A stretch of 32,000 nucleotides of DNA, taken from the NCBI GenBank assembly GCA_964514965.1, contig CAZETV010000001.1, forward strand, positions 813,063 through 845,062. Direction: 5' to 3'. Below the pieces are notes generated by a model. It was not told the origin of the DNA, did no database searches, and saw only the letters and a program-made list of their open reading frames with translations. The position numbers and the translations under genes were made by a program. This DNA is from Candidatus Hadarchaeota archaeon. Its GTDB lineage: Archaea; Hadarchaeota; Hadarchaeia; Hadarchaeales; Hadarchaeaceae. Below are positions 31,987 to 32,000 of the stretch, piece after piece. The number at the start of each line of letters is the position of its first letter. Positions within the stretch are counted from its first letter, which is position 1.

Positions 31987-32000
31987 TACTCCTGCCTCCT
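31986..32000 (-). CDS. 3' end of a further upstream mbh-operon gene (partial, runs off right edge)
   Basis: A TAA stop at 31986-31988 (minus strand) overlaps the mbhF ATG (TAATG). Only the last 4 codons (RRQE) are visible. Confidence 0.3.
   Translation of the reverse strand, partial: RRQE

Overview
This is an archaeal chromosomal segment. It has eukaryote-like replication, transcription and translation genes, TATA-type AT-rich promoters, and many 1-4 nt ATGA/TGATG/TAATG gene couplings.

**About 0-18.5 kb: core information-processing neighbourhoods.**
- A radical-SAM fragment and an NreA-like repair gene, then Dph2, exosome Csl4, a small unknown ORF, Rpo11/RpoL, DUF99, signal peptidase, NUDIX, TFS, an OB-fold protein and PCNA.
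- A low-GC island with a free-standing HNH gene.
- PriL-PriS-GINS, then L44e-S27e-aIF2alpha-Nop10-PAC2, an EndoQ-like PHP nuclease, and ferredoxin plus geranylgeranyl reductase.
- AspRS, a NusA-like KH protein, Alba and Lrp.

**About 21.9-32 kb: hydrogenase region.** It holds hypC-hypA-hypE, a PHP phosphoesterase with the HycI protease, and a group-4 membrane-bound [NiFe] hydrogenase. The hydrogenase is Mbh-type with subunits F to N in canonical order. The exception is an extra, lower-GC FrhB/FpoF-like gene wedged between mbhH and mbhI.

**18.56-21.9 kb: accessory locus, my best candidate for an undescribed system.**
- It is a coupled operon encoding an Xis/MerR-HTH-HNH-wHTH fusion, an ORC/ExeA/TniB-like AAA+ ATPase and a sigma-region-4-like HTH protein.
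- Upstream lies about 0.9 kb with no credible ORF and a strong G+T skew, which may be a large structured RNA.
- That stretch is bracketed by two roughly 75% identical AT-rich modules packed with TAACAA motifs. The distal module keeps a decayed copy of the HNH gene's first ~16 codons.

I recognised no rRNA, tRNA or CRISPR array. All protein calls rest on motif recognition by eye. No database search, RNA folding or statistics software was available, and start codons are often uncertain (TTG/GTG starts).
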